From positions 352,001-416,000 of the forward strand of contig CAVXRD010000002.1 in NCBI GenBank assembly GCA_963764165.1: a stretch of DNA of 64,000 nt. Reading direction: 5' to 3'. This DNA comes from an uncultured Verrucomicrobiae bacterium. Lineage in GTDB: Bacteria; Verrucomicrobiota; Verrucomicrobiia; Limisphaerales; Palsa-1400. The translations under genes and the position numbers were made by a program. How positions within the stretch are numbered: position 1 is the first letter of the stretch; every line of letters begins with the position of its first letter. The notes below the pieces were generated by a model. The model searched no databases. It saw nothing but the letters and a program-made list of their open reading frames with translations, and was not told the origin of the DNA. This document shows positions 9,389 through 20,454 of this stretch, piece by piece.

Positions 9389-9877
9389 ATGCGCCAAATC
9401 ACCGCGCTCGTGATTTTGAGTTTTGCTTTGCTTGCGCCCGCCGTTGACGCGGGCGAGGGCAAGGTCGTCAAGGTTTTGCCCCAGTATTTGGATAAGCAGG
9501 GCCGTTACGCTCTTTCGCCCAGCCTCTATGAACGAGACGCCTATCAGGCTATTTTGAGGAAGTCTCCCGGGAACCAGGGAGGTGTGCGCCTCGCCGTGGA
9601 ATGGAAGGCGAAGAAAGTCGACTGGACTCATTTGACGATGCGGGCGGAAATGCGCTGCCTGACCAACGACACCCTGCAAACTGTCACTTTGCAGCAGCCC
9701 GTCGTCAAAACTGGCTGGCTTAATAATTGGTCTGAATTCAGGATCACGGGCGACAAATATAAGAAATTCGGACACTTGGTGGCCTGGCGCGTCACACTTT
9801 GGGACGGCGACAAGCAGCTCAGCGCGATGGAGTCGTTCCTTTGGAGCGGCGTGGATCCCAAGAATCTGACGCCCTGA
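9389..9877 (+). CDS. exported hypothetical protein
   Basis: Signal peptide MRQITALVILSFALLAPAVDA; motif LSPSLYERDAYQAILR. Confidence 0.75.
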   Translation: MRQITALVILSFALLAPAVDAGEGKVVKVLPQYLDKQGRYALSPSLYERDAYQAILRKSPGNQGGVRLAVEWKAKKVDWTHLTMRAEMRCLTNDTLQTVTLQQPVVKTGWLNNWSEFRITGDKYKKFGHLVAWRVTLWDGDKQLSAMESFLWSGVDPKNLTP

Positions 9878-9972
9878 TTCCTGGCAGGTACGCCTTTGGG
9901 AAGCCGAAGTTCGGCCCGAGGCGTCCGAGGTCGTGGCATTATTCGAGCGCGTTGGGACTTGCGAATGTCCCC

Positions 9973-9999
9973 GGACGCCTCGGCGAGGCGTCCCTACCT
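9973..9999. repeat. GTAG-type REP unit (degenerate partner at ~9886-9926)
   Basis: GGACGCCTCGGCGAGGCGTCCCTACCT, identical to the right unit of 1485-1565. Lies between convergent genes. Confidence 0.85.
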
Positions 10000-10005
10000 T
10001 GGAAG

Positions 10006-11715
10006 TCAGGCTGGCGGCGCCAGTTTCTCCGTCACTTTCGCCAATGCCTCTTCTACCTTCACAGGTGTCAACACACCGCCGCGCATCTTCAATTCCACTT
10101 CTCCCTTGGCCAGTGATTTCTCGCCAATGCCGACGCGGATCGGGAAGCCGATCAATTCGGAGTCCTTGAATTTCACTCCCGGGCGCTCGTCCCGGTCGTC
10201 CATGATGACATCCACGCCGCGAGCCGTTAAATCAGCGTAAAGCTGCTCCGCCAGCTTCATCACGGCGCCGTCCGGCGCAATCGAAAGCGGTGTCAAACAC
10301 ACTGTATAGGGCGCGACGCTGAGCGGCCAGATGATGCCGTCCTTGTCATTGGACTGCTCGATGATGGCTTGCATCGTGCGGGTCACGCCGATGCCGTAGC
10401 AGCCCATGATGGCCGGGCGTTTCTGGCCGGTTTCATCGAGAAACATCGCGTTCAACGCCTCGCTAAATTTGGTGCCGAGCTTGAAAACGTGACCGACTTC
10501 GATGGCGCGGCGAATATGCAGGGGCTGGCCGCAATTGGCGCACGGCTCGCCCGCTTTCACGAGGCGGAAATCGCTCCACTTTTGCACCGTGATGTCGCGC
10601 CCGATGTCTACTTGACTCAAATGAAAACCGTCTTCGTTCGCGCCCGTCGTCATGTTGGCCGCGCCGCGCAGCGTCTCATCCGCATACACCGGCGCATGAG
10701 TCACGCCGACCGCGCCAAGGCTGCCGGGGCGCGCCTTCAGCAAGGCCGCGATTTCCTCCGCTTCGGCGGGGCGGAATGTGGCGGTGCCGAGGGCCCCCGC
10801 AAGCTTCGTTTCGTTTAATTGATGATCGCCGCGCATCAAAATAAGCGCCGGCTTGTCCTCGACAATGTAGACGAGCGTTTTGATCTGGCGATCCGCCGCC
10901 ACCGAATACGGCGCGCGGCTCAAGGCTTCAATAGTGACCACGCCCGGCGTGGCAAATTTTTCCGGCGCGCCGACGGATGTTGATTCCGTTTTCGAAACGC
11001 GGCTGGTGGCTTTTTCAACGTTGGCCGCGTATTGGCATTGCTCGCACCAGGCGACTTCGTTTTCGCCGGTTTCGGCGGGAACCATGAATTCGTGCGAAAA
11101 TTTTCCAGCCATGATCCCGGTGTCCGCCTCGACCGCCATTGTCTTCAATCCGCACCTCTGGAAGATGCGGGTGTAGGCGTCATACATTTTTTTGTAGCTG
11201 ACCAGCGCCGCTTCGTCCGTGGTGTCGAAGCTGTAAGCGTCCTTCATGATGAATTCCTTGGCGCGCATGAGGCCGAAGCGCGGGCGGATTTCGTCGCGGA
11301 ATTTCGTCTGGATTTGGTAGAAATTTTTTGGCAATTGGCGGTAGGAACTCAATTCGCCCGCCACCAAGGTGGTGACGACCTCCTCGTGGGTCGGGCCGAG
11401 CACCCATTCCTTGTTGGCCTTGTCGCGGGCTTTGAAAAGAACGCCCCGCGCCGTTTCGTAACGGCCGCTCTGCTGCCAGATTTCCGGCGGCTGAAGGGCG
11501 GGCATGAGAATCTCGAGGGCGCCCGTCCGATCCATTTCCTCGCGCACGATTTTTTCCACTTTGCGCAGCGCGCGCAGTCCGAGCGGGAGAAAAATGTAAA
11601 GCCCGCCGGTCAATTTCCGGGCCAATCCGGCTCGCAAAAGCAGCTTGTGCGAAATGATCTCGGCTTCCGCCGGGGTTTCTTTCAGAGTCGGAATTAAAGC
11701 CTGGCTCCAACGCAT
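10006..11715 (-). CDS. proS: proline--tRNA ligase (bacterial type with editing insertion)
   Basis: MRWSQALIPTLKE, GPTHEE, KFRDEIRPRFGLMR, IEVGHVFKLG, MGCYGIG, GVKFKD. Start set at ATG 11715. Confidence 0.97.
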   Translation of the reverse strand: MRWSQALIPTLKETPAEAEIISHKLLLRAGLARKLTGGLYIFLPLGLRALRKVEKIVREEMDRTGALEILMPALQPPEIWQQSGRYETARGVLFKARDKANKEWVLGPTHEEVVTTLVAGELSSYRQLPKNFYQIQTKFRDEIRPRFGLMRAKEFIMKDAYSFDTTDEAALVSYKKMYDAYTRIFQRCGLKTMAVEADTGIMAGKFSHEFMVPAETGENEVAWCEQCQYAANVEKATSRVSKTESTSVGAPEKFATPGVVTIEALSRAPYSVAADRQIKTLVYIVEDKPALILMRGDHQLNETKLAGALGTATFRPAEAEEIAALLKARPGSLGAVGVTHAPVYADETLRGAANMTTGANEDGFHLSQVDIGRDITVQKWSDFRLVKAGEPCANCGQPLHIRRAIEVGHVFKLGTKFSEALNAMFLDETGQKRPAIMGCYGIGVTRTMQAIIEQSNDKDGIIWPLSVAPYTVCLTPLSIAPDGAVMKLAEQLYADLTARGVDVIMDDRDERPGVKFKDSELIGFPIRVGIGEKSLAKGEVELKMRGGVLTPVKVEEALAKVTEKLAPPA

Positions 11716-11984
11716 AATAATAATTCTGTTTCCAGCGCTCGCGCCGGTGATTCGTTCCGCCGCCATCACATTGCAGCGAACGTTGATTGTGTCCCCGCCG
11801 TTCTTTCCGTCGCAAGACAAAACCGAACATGGGCGAAGGAATGGGAAATCAGACAACGCCCGGCATGGGAAAACAGCCGCAAGCGGGAAATGTTACCGGC
11901 TTGTTGCCGCCATGCAGCCGCGCCGAAAAACGAAATGATAAGATGGTTTGAGGCAAAGGTCGTTTCGGGCTATGCTCGCCGGGA

Positions 11985-13514
11985 ATGTCTGATCTCATCG
12001 CCATTGTCGGTCGTCCGAACGTCGGAAAATCGGCCCTGTTCAACCGCATTGCCGGACGCCGCATTGCCATTGTCCACGACCAGCCGGGAGTGACGCGCGA
12101 CCGCGTCACGGCCGAGGTTGAATGGGAGGGACGCCCGTTCACGCTCGTTGACACGGGAGGCATCGGGCTGGTCCACGGTGAGAAGGCTGCTGATGTCATT
12201 ACTCAGGCTGCTTTCGAGCAAGTCCAGATAGCGATTGAGGCGGCGGCGGTCATTATTCTTGTTGTCAACGTCCATGAAGGCGTCGTTCCTCTCGACAAGG
12301 AAGTGGCTGAGAAATTGCGCCGGGCCAAGAAGATCGTTTTGATGGCTGTCAACAAGGTGGACAATGACCGGGACGACGTCGGCGCGGGCGAGTTTTCCGA
12401 ATTGGGCTTCGACAAGATTTTTCCCGTCAGCGCCATTCATCAACGCGGCATTGACGCGCTGATGGGCGCCGCGATGGCCGCCCTGCCCCCGGCGGCTGAA
12501 TCCGAGGCCATCGCCGCCGCCGAACCGCCGTTGAAAATCGCCATCGTGGGCCGGCCCAATGTCGGCAAATCGTCGATCATCAACAAACTGACGAATTCCG
12601 AGCGCGTCATCGTTTCGCCGATTGCTGGAACCACGCGCGATTCGGTGGATGTGCCGTTCGAAGTCGAAACGGACGGCGTGCGTCAAAAATATCTTCTTAT
12701 TGACACTGCGGGTGTGCGCAAGGCCGCGCGGGTGGATGATTCCATCGAGTTTTTCAGCGTCAAACGCACGGAGGAATCCATTGCCCGCTGCGATCTGGCC
12801 CTGCTGGTGCTCGATGCATCCGCCGGCATCACGCAGCAGGACAAGAAAGTGGCGGATAAAATCACCGAGGAGCGCAAAGCGTGCATCCTGGTCATCAACA
12901 AATGGGACCTTGCCACTCCCGGCCTCGAACATGGCCGGCGCGAAATGGCGGCGGAGCGCCGTGAAGGTTACCGAGAAGGCCAGGCCCGGGCGTTGACGAC
13001 GCTTTCCGAATTTGCAACTTGGGTGCAGGAGCAGTTGTTCTTCCTTGATTACGCACCGGTCATTTTCACTTCTGCGGAAACGGGGTTTCACCTTGATCGC
13101 CTGCTCGAATCGATCCGCTACGTCGTCTCGCAGCTTAAGCAAAAAGTGCCGACGTCGATCCTCAATCGCACGCTGAACGACGCCATCGAACGGCGGCAGC
13201 CGGTCAGTTCGGCGGGACATCGGTTAAAGTTTTTTTACGCGACGCAAATCAAACCCGCTCCGCCGACCTTCCTGCTTTTCGTGAACCGCACCGATTTGCT
13301 TTCGGACCAATATCGGAAATACCTGTCGCAGGAAATGCGCAAGGCGTTTGGTTACGAAGGCTGCCCGATTAACTTCGTTGCCCGGGAACGAGAAAGAACC
13401 ATCGAGCCGGTTCGGAAATTCCGGCCGGCGGCGGACAAGGGATTCAGCGGGCCAAAAATTCAGCGCCGCTCCAAAAATACCCAGCGCCCGCGGCGCGGGG
13501 GGCGGACCCGGTAA
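11985..13514 (+). CDS. der: ribosome biogenesis GTPase Der (EngA)
   Basis: Two GRPNVGKS GTPase domains, PGVTRD, GTTRD, KH-like C-terminus (PPTFLLFVN). Confidence 0.97.
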   Translation: MSDLIAIVGRPNVGKSALFNRIAGRRIAIVHDQPGVTRDRVTAEVEWEGRPFTLVDTGGIGLVHGEKAADVITQAAFEQVQIAIEAAAVIILVVNVHEGVVPLDKEVAEKLRRAKKIVLMAVNKVDNDRDDVGAGEFSELGFDKIFPVSAIHQRGIDALMGAAMAALPPAAESEAIAAAEPPLKIAIVGRPNVGKSSIINKLTNSERVIVSPIAGTTRDSVDVPFEVETDGVRQKYLLIDTAGVRKAARVDDSIEFFSVKRTEESIARCDLALLVLDASAGITQQDKKVADKITEERKACILVINKWDLATPGLEHGRREMAAERREGYREGQARALTTLSEFATWVQEQLFFLDYAPVIFTSAETGFHLDRLLESIRYVVSQLKQKVPTSILNRTLNDAIERRQPVSSAGHRLKFFYATQIKPAPPTFLLFVNRTDLLSDQYRKYLSQEMRKAFGYEGCPINFVARERERTIEPVRKFRPAADKGFSGPKIQRRSKNTQRPRRGGRTR

Positions 13515-13999
13515 TGCAACCATCGACTGAGAAAGATTCCATTTTCATGCGCGCCGCCATTGCGCTGGCGGCGGAACACATGCGCGCCAAAGATGGCGGG
13601 CCATTCGGCGCCGTTATCACTCGCGGCGATTCCATAGTCGCGCGAGGCTGGAACAAGGTGACTTCGACGAACGACCCGACGGCGCACGCGGAGGTTACGG
13701 CCATCCGCTCCGCGGCGACGGCGTTGAACACGTTCGTCTTAGGCGGCTGTGTGCTTTACACAAGTTGCGAACCGTGCCCGATGTGCCTTGGAGCGGCTTA
13801 CTGGGCGCGGGTCGATCGCATCGTCTTTGCCGCCACGCGGGCGGACGCTGCCGCCATTGGATTTGACGACGCGCACATCTATCAGGAATTGACTGTGCCG
13901 CTCGCGGCGCGAAAACTGCCCATTCACGAATGGCTGCGCGAGGAGGGCGTGGCTGTCATGCGCGAATGGTTCGCCACACCCGATAAAACATTGTATTGA
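13514..13999 (+). CDS. guaD: guanine/nucleoside deaminase (cytidine deaminase fold)
   Basis: GGPFGAVI, DPTAHAEV, SCEPCPMCLGA, IGFDD. Start overlaps the der stop. Confidence 0.85.
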   Translation: MQPSTEKDSIFMRAAIALAAEHMRAKDGGPFGAVITRGDSIVARGWNKVTSTNDPTAHAEVTAIRSAATALNTFVLGGCVLYTSCEPCPMCLGAAYWARVDRIVFAATRADAAAIGFDDAHIYQELTVPLAARKLPIHEWLREEGVAVMREWFATPDKTLY

Positions 14000-14042
14000 C
14001 TGCCGGGTATGTGCGCGAAAGTTTTGATGCTTCCCAAAGCCC

Positions 14043-14151
14043 TCGGAGATACGGCTGTGTCGAAGATCAGCCGCAGCAACGTCAAAACCTAGAGGCGCGT
14101 TAGTTTAATCGAATGCTGCTGCGGCTGGTCTTCGACACAGCCGCGCTCCGA
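14043..14151. repeat. GGAG-type REP doublet
   Basis: TCGGAGATACGGCTGTGTCGAAGATCAGCCGCAGCA ... TGCTGCGGCTGGTCTTCGACACAGCCGCGCTCCGA, an inverted pair between convergent genes. Confidence 0.8.
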
Positions 14152-14158
14152 CAAAAAT

Positions 14159-15667
14159 CTACGCCGCAGCAGCGAATTTTCCCGTCAAATAATTGACGTG
14201 GTCGCTTATGCCAGTCGGCTCCCCGGTGGCGAGCCGGATCAGCTCTCGCGGATTGTAGCGCGATCCTTTGCGATGAATCTTATCCTGCAGCCACGTCAGC
14301 AGCGGCTTGTATTCCCCGCTCGCCAATTCGCCGGCCAGCGACGGATTATCTGCGGCCGCGCGGCGCATCAATTGCGCGGCATTCAAGTTGCCGAGCGAAT
14401 ACGTCGGGAAGTAGCCAATCAGCCCGATGGACCAATGAATATCCTGCAGGCAGCCCTCGGAGTCCTTTGTGACCTTCAACCCGAACATTTTCTCGAATTG
14501 CTCGTTCCAATAAGCGGGGATGTCGGAAGTCTTCAATTTTCCCTCAGCCAAATTCACTTCGATTTCGAACCGCAAAATGATGTGCAGATCGTAAGTCACT
14601 TGGTCCGCCTCCACGCGAATGAAACTCGGCGAAACCCGGTTGACCGCCGCGGAAATTTGCTCGGGGGAGAATTTCTTCAAACCGGGAAGAAACTCGCAGG
14701 CCATAGAATGCCAATGCTCCCAAAAGGCGGGCGCGCGGCCCACATGATTCTCCCAAAGGCGCGATTGAGATTCGTGAATGGCGAGCGAAACCGCGGAACC
14801 ATTCGGCGTGCCGTAATCGTCCTGCACCAATCCCTGCTCATACATCCCGTGTCCCGCCTCGTGGAGGACGCCGTAAAGCGATTGGGCGAATTCGCTTTCG
14901 TCATAACGCGTCGTCAAACGGCAATCCCCTGCTCCGACGGTTGAGCAAAACGGGTGCGTCGTGGTGTCGATGCGGCCCGCTTTGAAATCGAACCCGATCG
15001 CCTCCGCCACTTTGCGATTGAAGGCTTGCTGGGCGGCGACGGGATATTCGCCCTTGAGCAAATCCTTGGGCACCTCGGCGGATTTGGCGACCGCCGGCCC
15101 CAGGACGCGCTCGATGGCGGGACGCATCTCCGCGAAAAGCTGGCGCAACTGCGACGCTTTCGCGCCAGGCTCGTAACCTTCAATCAGCGCGTCATAAGGC
15201 GATTCCTGGTAGCCCCAGCAATCGGCCATCTTGCGTGTCAAGTCGAGGATTTTGTCGAGGTGCGGTTTGAAGATGGAAAAATCCGATTGTTGACGCGCCT
15301 GCCGCCACGCCTCGCGCGAGTGGGCGCGCACGCGCTCCAGCTTTTCAATCAGCCGCGGCGGAACTTTGGTGGCGCGGTCGTATTGGCGGCGCCATTCGCG
15401 CAAATTTCCCGCCTGATCGGAATCCGGCGCAAATCCGTGCTGCTCGCATTCAGAAATCCATTGGCCGACTTGCTTGGCAATAAATTGGCGGTGCGAATAA
15501 CCCGACAGCCACGCCAGTTGCTCCGCGCGGTAGGGCAGCGATTTCGCGGGCATGTAGGTTTCCTGATCCCACGTCAGGACGCTGGCGGCGCTGGTGGCGA
15601 GCGCGATTCCGCGCGCGCGCTGCAGCAGCTTCTTATAAGCGGCAGGAGCTTCGGGCAATGTCGACAT
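14159..15667 (-). CDS. carboxypeptidase M32 (Taq type)
   Basis: HPF, HEAGH zinc motif, HESQSRLWEN, IRVEAD, GCLQDIHW, GYFPTYSLG. Start at ATG 15667. Confidence 0.95.
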   Translation of the reverse strand: MSTLPEAPAAYKKLLQRARGIALATSAASVLTWDQETYMPAKSLPYRAEQLAWLSGYSHRQFIAKQVGQWISECEQHGFAPDSDQAGNLREWRRQYDRATKVPPRLIEKLERVRAHSREAWRQARQQSDFSIFKPHLDKILDLTRKMADCWGYQESPYDALIEGYEPGAKASQLRQLFAEMRPAIERVLGPAVAKSAEVPKDLLKGEYPVAAQQAFNRKVAEAIGFDFKAGRIDTTTHPFCSTVGAGDCRLTTRYDESEFAQSLYGVLHEAGHGMYEQGLVQDDYGTPNGSAVSLAIHESQSRLWENHVGRAPAFWEHWHSMACEFLPGLKKFSPEQISAAVNRVSPSFIRVEADQVTYDLHIILRFEIEVNLAEGKLKTSDIPAYWNEQFEKMFGLKVTKDSEGCLQDIHWSIGLIGYFPTYSLGNLNAAQLMRRAAADNPSLAGELASGEYKPLLTWLQDKIHRKGSRYNPRELIRLATGEPTGISDHVNYLTGKFAAAA

Positions 15668-15731
15668 GAGGGAAATCTCGCTCGTTTCCCGCGTTACCTC
15701 AAATAAAATTCCATCCCCCAATCAGGGGATG

Positions 15732-16316
15732 CTATTTGATGCCGTCAAGGGCGAGGTTCAACCGGAGGACATTAACCCCCGGTTCCCCAAGAAAGCCGAG
15801 GCCGGGCTGATCCGTGTATTCGACAATCAGCGCCTTCAATTCCTCAAGCTTCAGCCCCCGCTCTTTCGCCACGCGTGGCGCTTGCAAGGCGGCGTTTTCC
15901 GGGCTGATGTGCTGGTCCAATCCGCTCGCCGAACCGGTGACGGCGTCGGCGGGAACGGAAGCGTTCGTGGCCAGGCCGTTTTGCGAACGGTAATCCGCGA
16001 TATTCTGCGTGATGGAGTCGGCGAGCTTCCTGGACGTCGGGCCGAGGTTGCTTCCGCTTGAGCTGGTTGGATCGTAGCCGTTGTCGCCAGCGGAGGACGG
16101 GCGCGGATGGAAGTATTTCGCGCCGGTGAAATTTTGCCCGATCAACTTCGAGCCGCGAATGGTTCCACTTTTGTCAATAATAAGACTGCCGTCGGCCTTG
16201 TCGGCCCATGCCCGCCCGAGTCCGAAGACTAACAGCGGATACAATCCGCAACATACCACCGCCAGCACAACCGTGCTCATGACGGCGCTTCTGAATTGAT
16301 TGAGGAATTCTTTCAT
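15732..16316 (-). CDS. kdpC: K+-transporting ATPase subunit C
   Basis: GSKLIGQNF, YFHPRPSS, SGSNLGP, SASGLD, VNVLRLNLALD. Confidence 0.95.
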   Translation of the reverse strand: MKEFLNQFRSAVMSTVVLAVVCCGLYPLLVFGLGRAWADKADGSLIIDKSGTIRGSKLIGQNFTGAKYFHPRPSSAGDNGYDPTSSSGSNLGPTSRKLADSITQNIADYRSQNGLATNASVPADAVTGSASGLDQHISPENAALQAPRVAKERGLKLEELKALIVEYTDQPGLGFLGEPGVNVLRLNLALDGIK

Positions 16317-16318
16317 AA

Positions 16319-18361
16319 TTACGCCCATTTCAAAGCTGTGATCACCACGTCGATAATCTTGATGCCGACGAACGGAATCACGATGCCGCCCAAGCCGTAG
16401 ATAAGAAGGTTGCGCTGGAGAATGGCCTCGGCCCCAATCGGCTTGTAGGCCACGCCGCGCAATGCCAGCGGAATCAGCGCAATAATAATGAGCGCGTTGA
16501 AGATGACCGCGCTCAAAATGGCGCTGCTGGGGCTGTGCAGCGACATCACGTTCAGCGGAGCGATGGCGGGAAAGGTTCCCATCAGCATCGCAGGGACGAT
16601 GGCGAAATATTTTGCTATGTCGTTGGCGATGCTGAAGGTGGTCAGCGAGCCGCGCGTGATCAAAAGCTGTTTTCCGATTTCCACGATCTCGATGAGCTTC
16701 GTTGGATTGCTGTCGAGATCGACCATGTTGCCGGCTTCGCGCGCGGCCTGCGTGCCGGTGTTCATCGCGACGCCAACATCGGCCTGGGCCAGGGCGGGCG
16801 CGTCGTTGGTGCCGTCGCCCGTCATCGCAACGAGGTGGCCGGCGGCCTGCTCCTCGCGGATGCGCTTGAGTTTTTGCTCCGGCGTGGCCTGGGCCATAAA
16901 ATCGTCCACGCCGGCTTCGGCGGCGATGGCGGCAGCGGTGAGTTGGTTGTCGCCCGTGATCATCACAGTGCGAATTCCCATTTTCCGCAACTGCGCGAAC
17001 CGCTCTTTGATGCCGCCCTTGACGACGTCCTTGAGCTGCACGACGCCAAGAACATCGCGCCCTTCCGCCACCACGAGCGGCGTGCCGCCCGCGCGCGAAA
17101 TGTCCTCGACCGCGGAGGTGACGGGCGCGGGAAACTTTCCGCCCGCGTGGTCGACGAAAATGGAAATCGATTCCGCCGCGCCTTTGCGAATGCTTCGCGC
17201 CAATGATCCATTCACGGCGGGAAAATCAACACCGCTCATTCTAGTTTGCGCAGTGAATGGAACAAACGTCGCGTGCGGTTGCGCCACTTCGCGCCCGCGC
17301 AAATTGAATTTCTCCTTCGCCAGCACGACGATGCTGCGGCCTTCCGGCGTTTCGTCCGCCAGCGACGCAAGTTGAGCCGCATCGGCGAGGCGTTCAGGCT
17401 TTATGTTCGGGGCAGGAATGAAGGCAGTCGCCATGCGGTTGCCGAGCGTGATGGTTCCTGTCTTGTCAAGCAGAAGAACGTCCACGTCTCCCGCCGCCTC
17501 CACGGCGCGCCCGCTGACGGCCATGACGTTGCGGCGAATCAGCCGGTCAATCCCGCTGATGCCAATGGCGCTTAGCAATCCACCGATGGTCGTCGGTATC
17601 AAGCAAACCAATAACGCCACAAGCACAGGCACGGAAAAATCCGTATTCGAATAAGCGCCAAACGCTTTCAACGTCACGCAGACCAGGAGGAAGATGATGG
17701 TCAGTGCTGACAATAATATAGTGAGCGCGATTTCGTTGGGTGTTTTCTGCCGGCGCGCGCCTTCCACCATGGCGATCATGCGATCCAGGAACGTGTTCCC
17801 CTTCTCCGACGTGATGCGAATCACGATGCGATCACTCAGAACGCGAGTTCCTCCGGTAACCGCGCAGCGATCACCGCCGCTCTCGCGAATAACGGGCGCA
17901 GACTCGCCCGTAATAGCCGCTTCGTCAACACTCGCGATGCCTTCAATCACGTCGCCGTCGGCGGGAATGACGTCGTTGGCCTCGCAGACGACGAGATCCC
18001 CTTTGGCCAGGTCCGTCGCGGGGACGCGTTCTTCGGTATTATTGCGAAGGCGCCGGGCCATCGTGTCCTTGCGGCTCCGGCGAAGGCTGTCCGCCTGGGC
18101 TTTGCCGCGGCCTTCGGCAACGGCTTCCGCGAAATTGGCAAAGAGCACGGTAAACCAAAGCCAGAGCGCGAGTTGGAAAATGAAACCGCGCTCTGCTGGG
18201 GCGCCGGTGAAAATGGCGATCGTGGTCAGCGCCGCGCCAACCATCGTGACGAACATCACCGGATTGCGAACCATCACGCGCGGGTCAAGTTTCTTGAACG
18301 CGTTGATGACCGCCGGCCCGGCGATGGTCCAGTCAAATAAAGAGGGGGCTTTTTGCGTCAT
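16319..18361 (-). CDS. kdpB: K+-transporting ATPase subunit B
   Basis: [34 protein letters not shown]. Confidence 0.98.
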   Translation of the reverse strand: MTQKAPSLFDWTIAGPAVINAFKKLDPRVMVRNPVMFVTMVGAALTTIAIFTGAPAERGFIFQLALWLWFTVLFANFAEAVAEGRGKAQADSLRRSRKDTMARRLRNNTEERVPATDLAKGDLVVCEANDVIPADGDVIEGIASVDEAAITGESAPVIRESGGDRCAVTGGTRVLSDRIVIRITSEKGNTFLDRMIAMVEGARRQKTPNEIALTILLSALTIIFLLVCVTLKAFGAYSNTDFSVPVLVALLVCLIPTTIGGLLSAIGISGIDRLIRRNVMAVSGRAVEAAGDVDVLLLDKTGTITLGNRMATAFIPAPNIKPERLADAAQLASLADETPEGRSIVVLAKEKFNLRGREVAQPHATFVPFTAQTRMSGVDFPAVNGSLARSIRKGAAESISIFVDHAGGKFPAPVTSAVEDISRAGGTPLVVAEGRDVLGVVQLKDVVKGGIKERFAQLRKMGIRTVMITGDNQLTAAAIAAEAGVDDFMAQATPEQKLKRIREEQAAGHLVAMTGDGTNDAPALAQADVGVAMNTGTQAAREAGNMVDLDSNPTKLIEIVEIGKQLLITRGSLTTFSIANDIAKYFAIVPAMLMGTFPAIAPLNVMSLHSPSSAILSAVIFNALIIIALIPLALRGVAYKPIGAEAILQRNLLIYGLGGIVIPFVGIKIIDVVITALKWA

Positions 18362-18365
18362 AGGA

Positions 18366-20201
18366 TCAATAAAGTTTGCCGGCGTTGGTCAGGAAATGCT
18401 CGATGATCGGCCCGAGCGACAGCGCAGGCAGAAAATTCAGCGCGCCCACCAGCAGAATCGTGCCGAGCAGCAGCACCACGAACGTCACGCCCGAGCAGGG
18501 AAAAGTCCCCGCGCTGGGGGGCGAAATTTTCTTGGCGGCCAGCGAGCCAGCCAAACCCATGATTGGAACGATCATCAGGAATCGCCCCACCAGCATCGCG
18601 ATGCCAAGCGTCGTGTTGAGCCACGGCGTATTCGCGCTCAAGCCGGCAAAGGCGCTGCCGTTGTTTCCATTGGCGCTGCTGAAGGCGTAGAGAATTTCGC
18701 TCAGTCCGTGCGGGCCGGAATTATTCAGCGCATCCGTCCCCCATTTGCTGACCGAAGCCCAAGCTGCGAAGCCGAGGATGGACAGCGCCAGCACCAGCAG
18801 CGCGAGCATCGCCATTTTCACGTCGTAGGATTGGATTTTCTTGCCGAGATACTCAGGCGTTCTGCCCACCATCAAGCCCGCGATAAACACCGCCAGCACG
18901 ACGAACACGAGCATTCCGTAAAGCCCCGCGCCAACACCGCCAATAATGATTTCGCCCAATTGGATATTGAACAGCGGCACAAATCCACCGAGCGCGGTGA
19001 AGGAATCGTGCATGGAATTGACAGCGCCACACGAAGCATCCGTGGTGACGGTGGCGAAAAGCGCCGAGTTGAAAATGCCGAAGCGAACTTCCTTGCCTTC
19101 CATATTGCCGCCGGACGCCATCAATCCAAGATTCTGATGGATGGGATTGCCTCTCGCCTCAGCCCACCAGCAAAGCGCAAGCCCCGCGATGAACAACACC
19201 ATCATCGCCGCCCACACCGACCAGCCGTGCGCTTGATTTTTTGTTTGACGGCCGAGGTAATACGTCAACCCGCTGCCGATGGCAAAGATCGAGAGCATTT
19301 GCAGAAAATTCGAGAGCGGCGTCGGATTCTCGAACGGATACGCGGCGTTGGCATTAGTATAGCCGCCGCCGTTGGTGCCGAGCATTTTGATGGCGACTTG
19401 CGAGGCCATCGGCCCTTGTGGAATCGTCTGTTCCTCCACTTTTTGATCCACCATGACAGGCGTGTTGGTCATCACGGTTTTGCCGTCGACGGTGATGGCC
19501 GTATTCGTCATCACAGGCTGGCCTTTTTCATCGGTCTTGGGAACTTGGATGGTGTAGGCTTCGGTCAATTTGACTTTAGTATAACCCTTGAAGTTTTGAA
19601 TCATGCCCTGCGAAATCAACACGGCCGCGAAGACTATGCAAACAGGCAGCAGCAAATAGTAGGTGACGCGAACCAGATCCACCCAGAAGTTGCCAAGCGT
19701 TTTGGCGGTATGCCGCGCAATGCCACGAACCAGGGCCGCTCCCAGCGCAATTCCCACCGCGGCCGAGGTGAAATTATGAATGACAAGCGCCACCATCTGC
19801 GAAAAATAGGACATTGTGCTTTCGCCGGAATAGCTCTGCCAATTGGTGTTGGTGGTGAAACTCACAGCGGTATTGAAAGCGAGATCAGGCGTGAGATTGT
19901 CGAAGCCCTGCGGATTCAGCGGCAGATATTTTTGCAGCCTCAAAATGGCGTAAGTGAAAAGGCAGCTTACGAGGCTGAAGAGCAGCATGGCAAAGGTGTA
20001 GAGCTTCCAATCGTGCTCCTTTTCCGGGTCGACTCCCATAAGCCAATACGTCAGGCGCTCGAGCGGCTTGAAGATCGGATCCAGCCAGGTTTTGCCCCTG
20101 GCATCAAGAACATGGCCGAGGTAGAGGCCGATCGGCTTTGTGATCACAGCCAGCAAGCCTACAAATAGAGCCAATTGCAACCAATCAAGGGGGCGCGACA
20201 T
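18366..20201 (-). CDS. kdpA: K+-transporting ATPase subunit A
   Basis: [35 protein letters not shown] selectivity motifs. Confidence 0.98.
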   Translation of the reverse strand: MSRPLDWLQLALFVGLLAVITKPIGLYLGHVLDARGKTWLDPIFKPLERLTYWLMGVDPEKEHDWKLYTFAMLLFSLVSCLFTYAILRLQKYLPLNPQGFDNLTPDLAFNTAVSFTTNTNWQSYSGESTMSYFSQMVALVIHNFTSAAVGIALGAALVRGIARHTAKTLGNFWVDLVRVTYYLLLPVCIVFAAVLISQGMIQNFKGYTKVKLTEAYTIQVPKTDEKGQPVMTNTAITVDGKTVMTNTPVMVDQKVEEQTIPQGPMASQVAIKMLGTNGGGYTNANAAYPFENPTPLSNFLQMLSIFAIGSGLTYYLGRQTKNQAHGWSVWAAMMVLFIAGLALCWWAEARGNPIHQNLGLMASGGNMEGKEVRFGIFNSALFATVTTDASCGAVNSMHDSFTALGGFVPLFNIQLGEIIIGGVGAGLYGMLVFVVLAVFIAGLMVGRTPEYLGKKIQSYDVKMAMLALLVLALSILGFAAWASVSKWGTDALNNSGPHGLSEILYAFSSANGNNGSAFAGLSANTPWLNTTLGIAMLVGRFLMIVPIMGLAGSLAAKKISPPSAGTFPCSGVTFVVLLLGTILLVGALNFLPALSLGPIIEHFLTNAGKLY

Positions 20202-20208
20202 AATATCC

Positions 20209-20292
20209 TTAGAATTTTTCCGGCCGAAGCATGGCGACCAGCAGGTAGATGAAAAGGAGCACCGACACGATTCCTACAATGAGATTCCACAT
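20209..20292 (-). CDS. kdpF: K+-transporting ATPase subunit F
   Basis: MWNLIVGIVSVLLFIYLLVAMLRPEKF, with the KdpF YL...L.PEKF end, directly upstream of kdpA. Confidence 0.9.
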   Translation of the reverse strand: MWNLIVGIVSVLLFIYLLVAMLRPEKF

Positions 20293-20315
20293 AGAGGTTT
20301 CCACATGCGAGGAAG

Positions 20316-20399
20316 CTAGAGCTTCTCGCAAAAGCGCGTATACAACGCAGCGATCGCAAAGAATGCAATGATCGCCCCGACAAAAATGAAGTCGTTCAT
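20316..20399 (-). CDS. 27-aa hydrophobic peptide upstream of kdpF
   Basis: Manual translation MNDFIFVGAIIAFFAIAALYTRFCEKL*. Single TM helix, first ORF of the kdp operon. Confidence 0.7.
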   Translation of the reverse strand: MNDFIFVGAIIAFFAIAALYTRFCEKL

Positions 20400-20454
20400 A
20401 GATTTGCGCGGGTAACGCGCCAATTACTATTGTCAAAATGACACTGGAAGCGGA

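Noticed and set aside
11716..11950. T-box leader or N-terminal extension of proS
   Set aside because: No T-box consensus seen, and the conserved protein begins at MRWSQ.
17694..20168. Long plus-strand ORF (824 aa) and similar long antisense ORFs (355-1398, 11970-13220, 48040-49188, 58184-59224)
   Set aside because: Shadows of well-supported genes on the opposite strand in GC-rich DNA, with no motifs.
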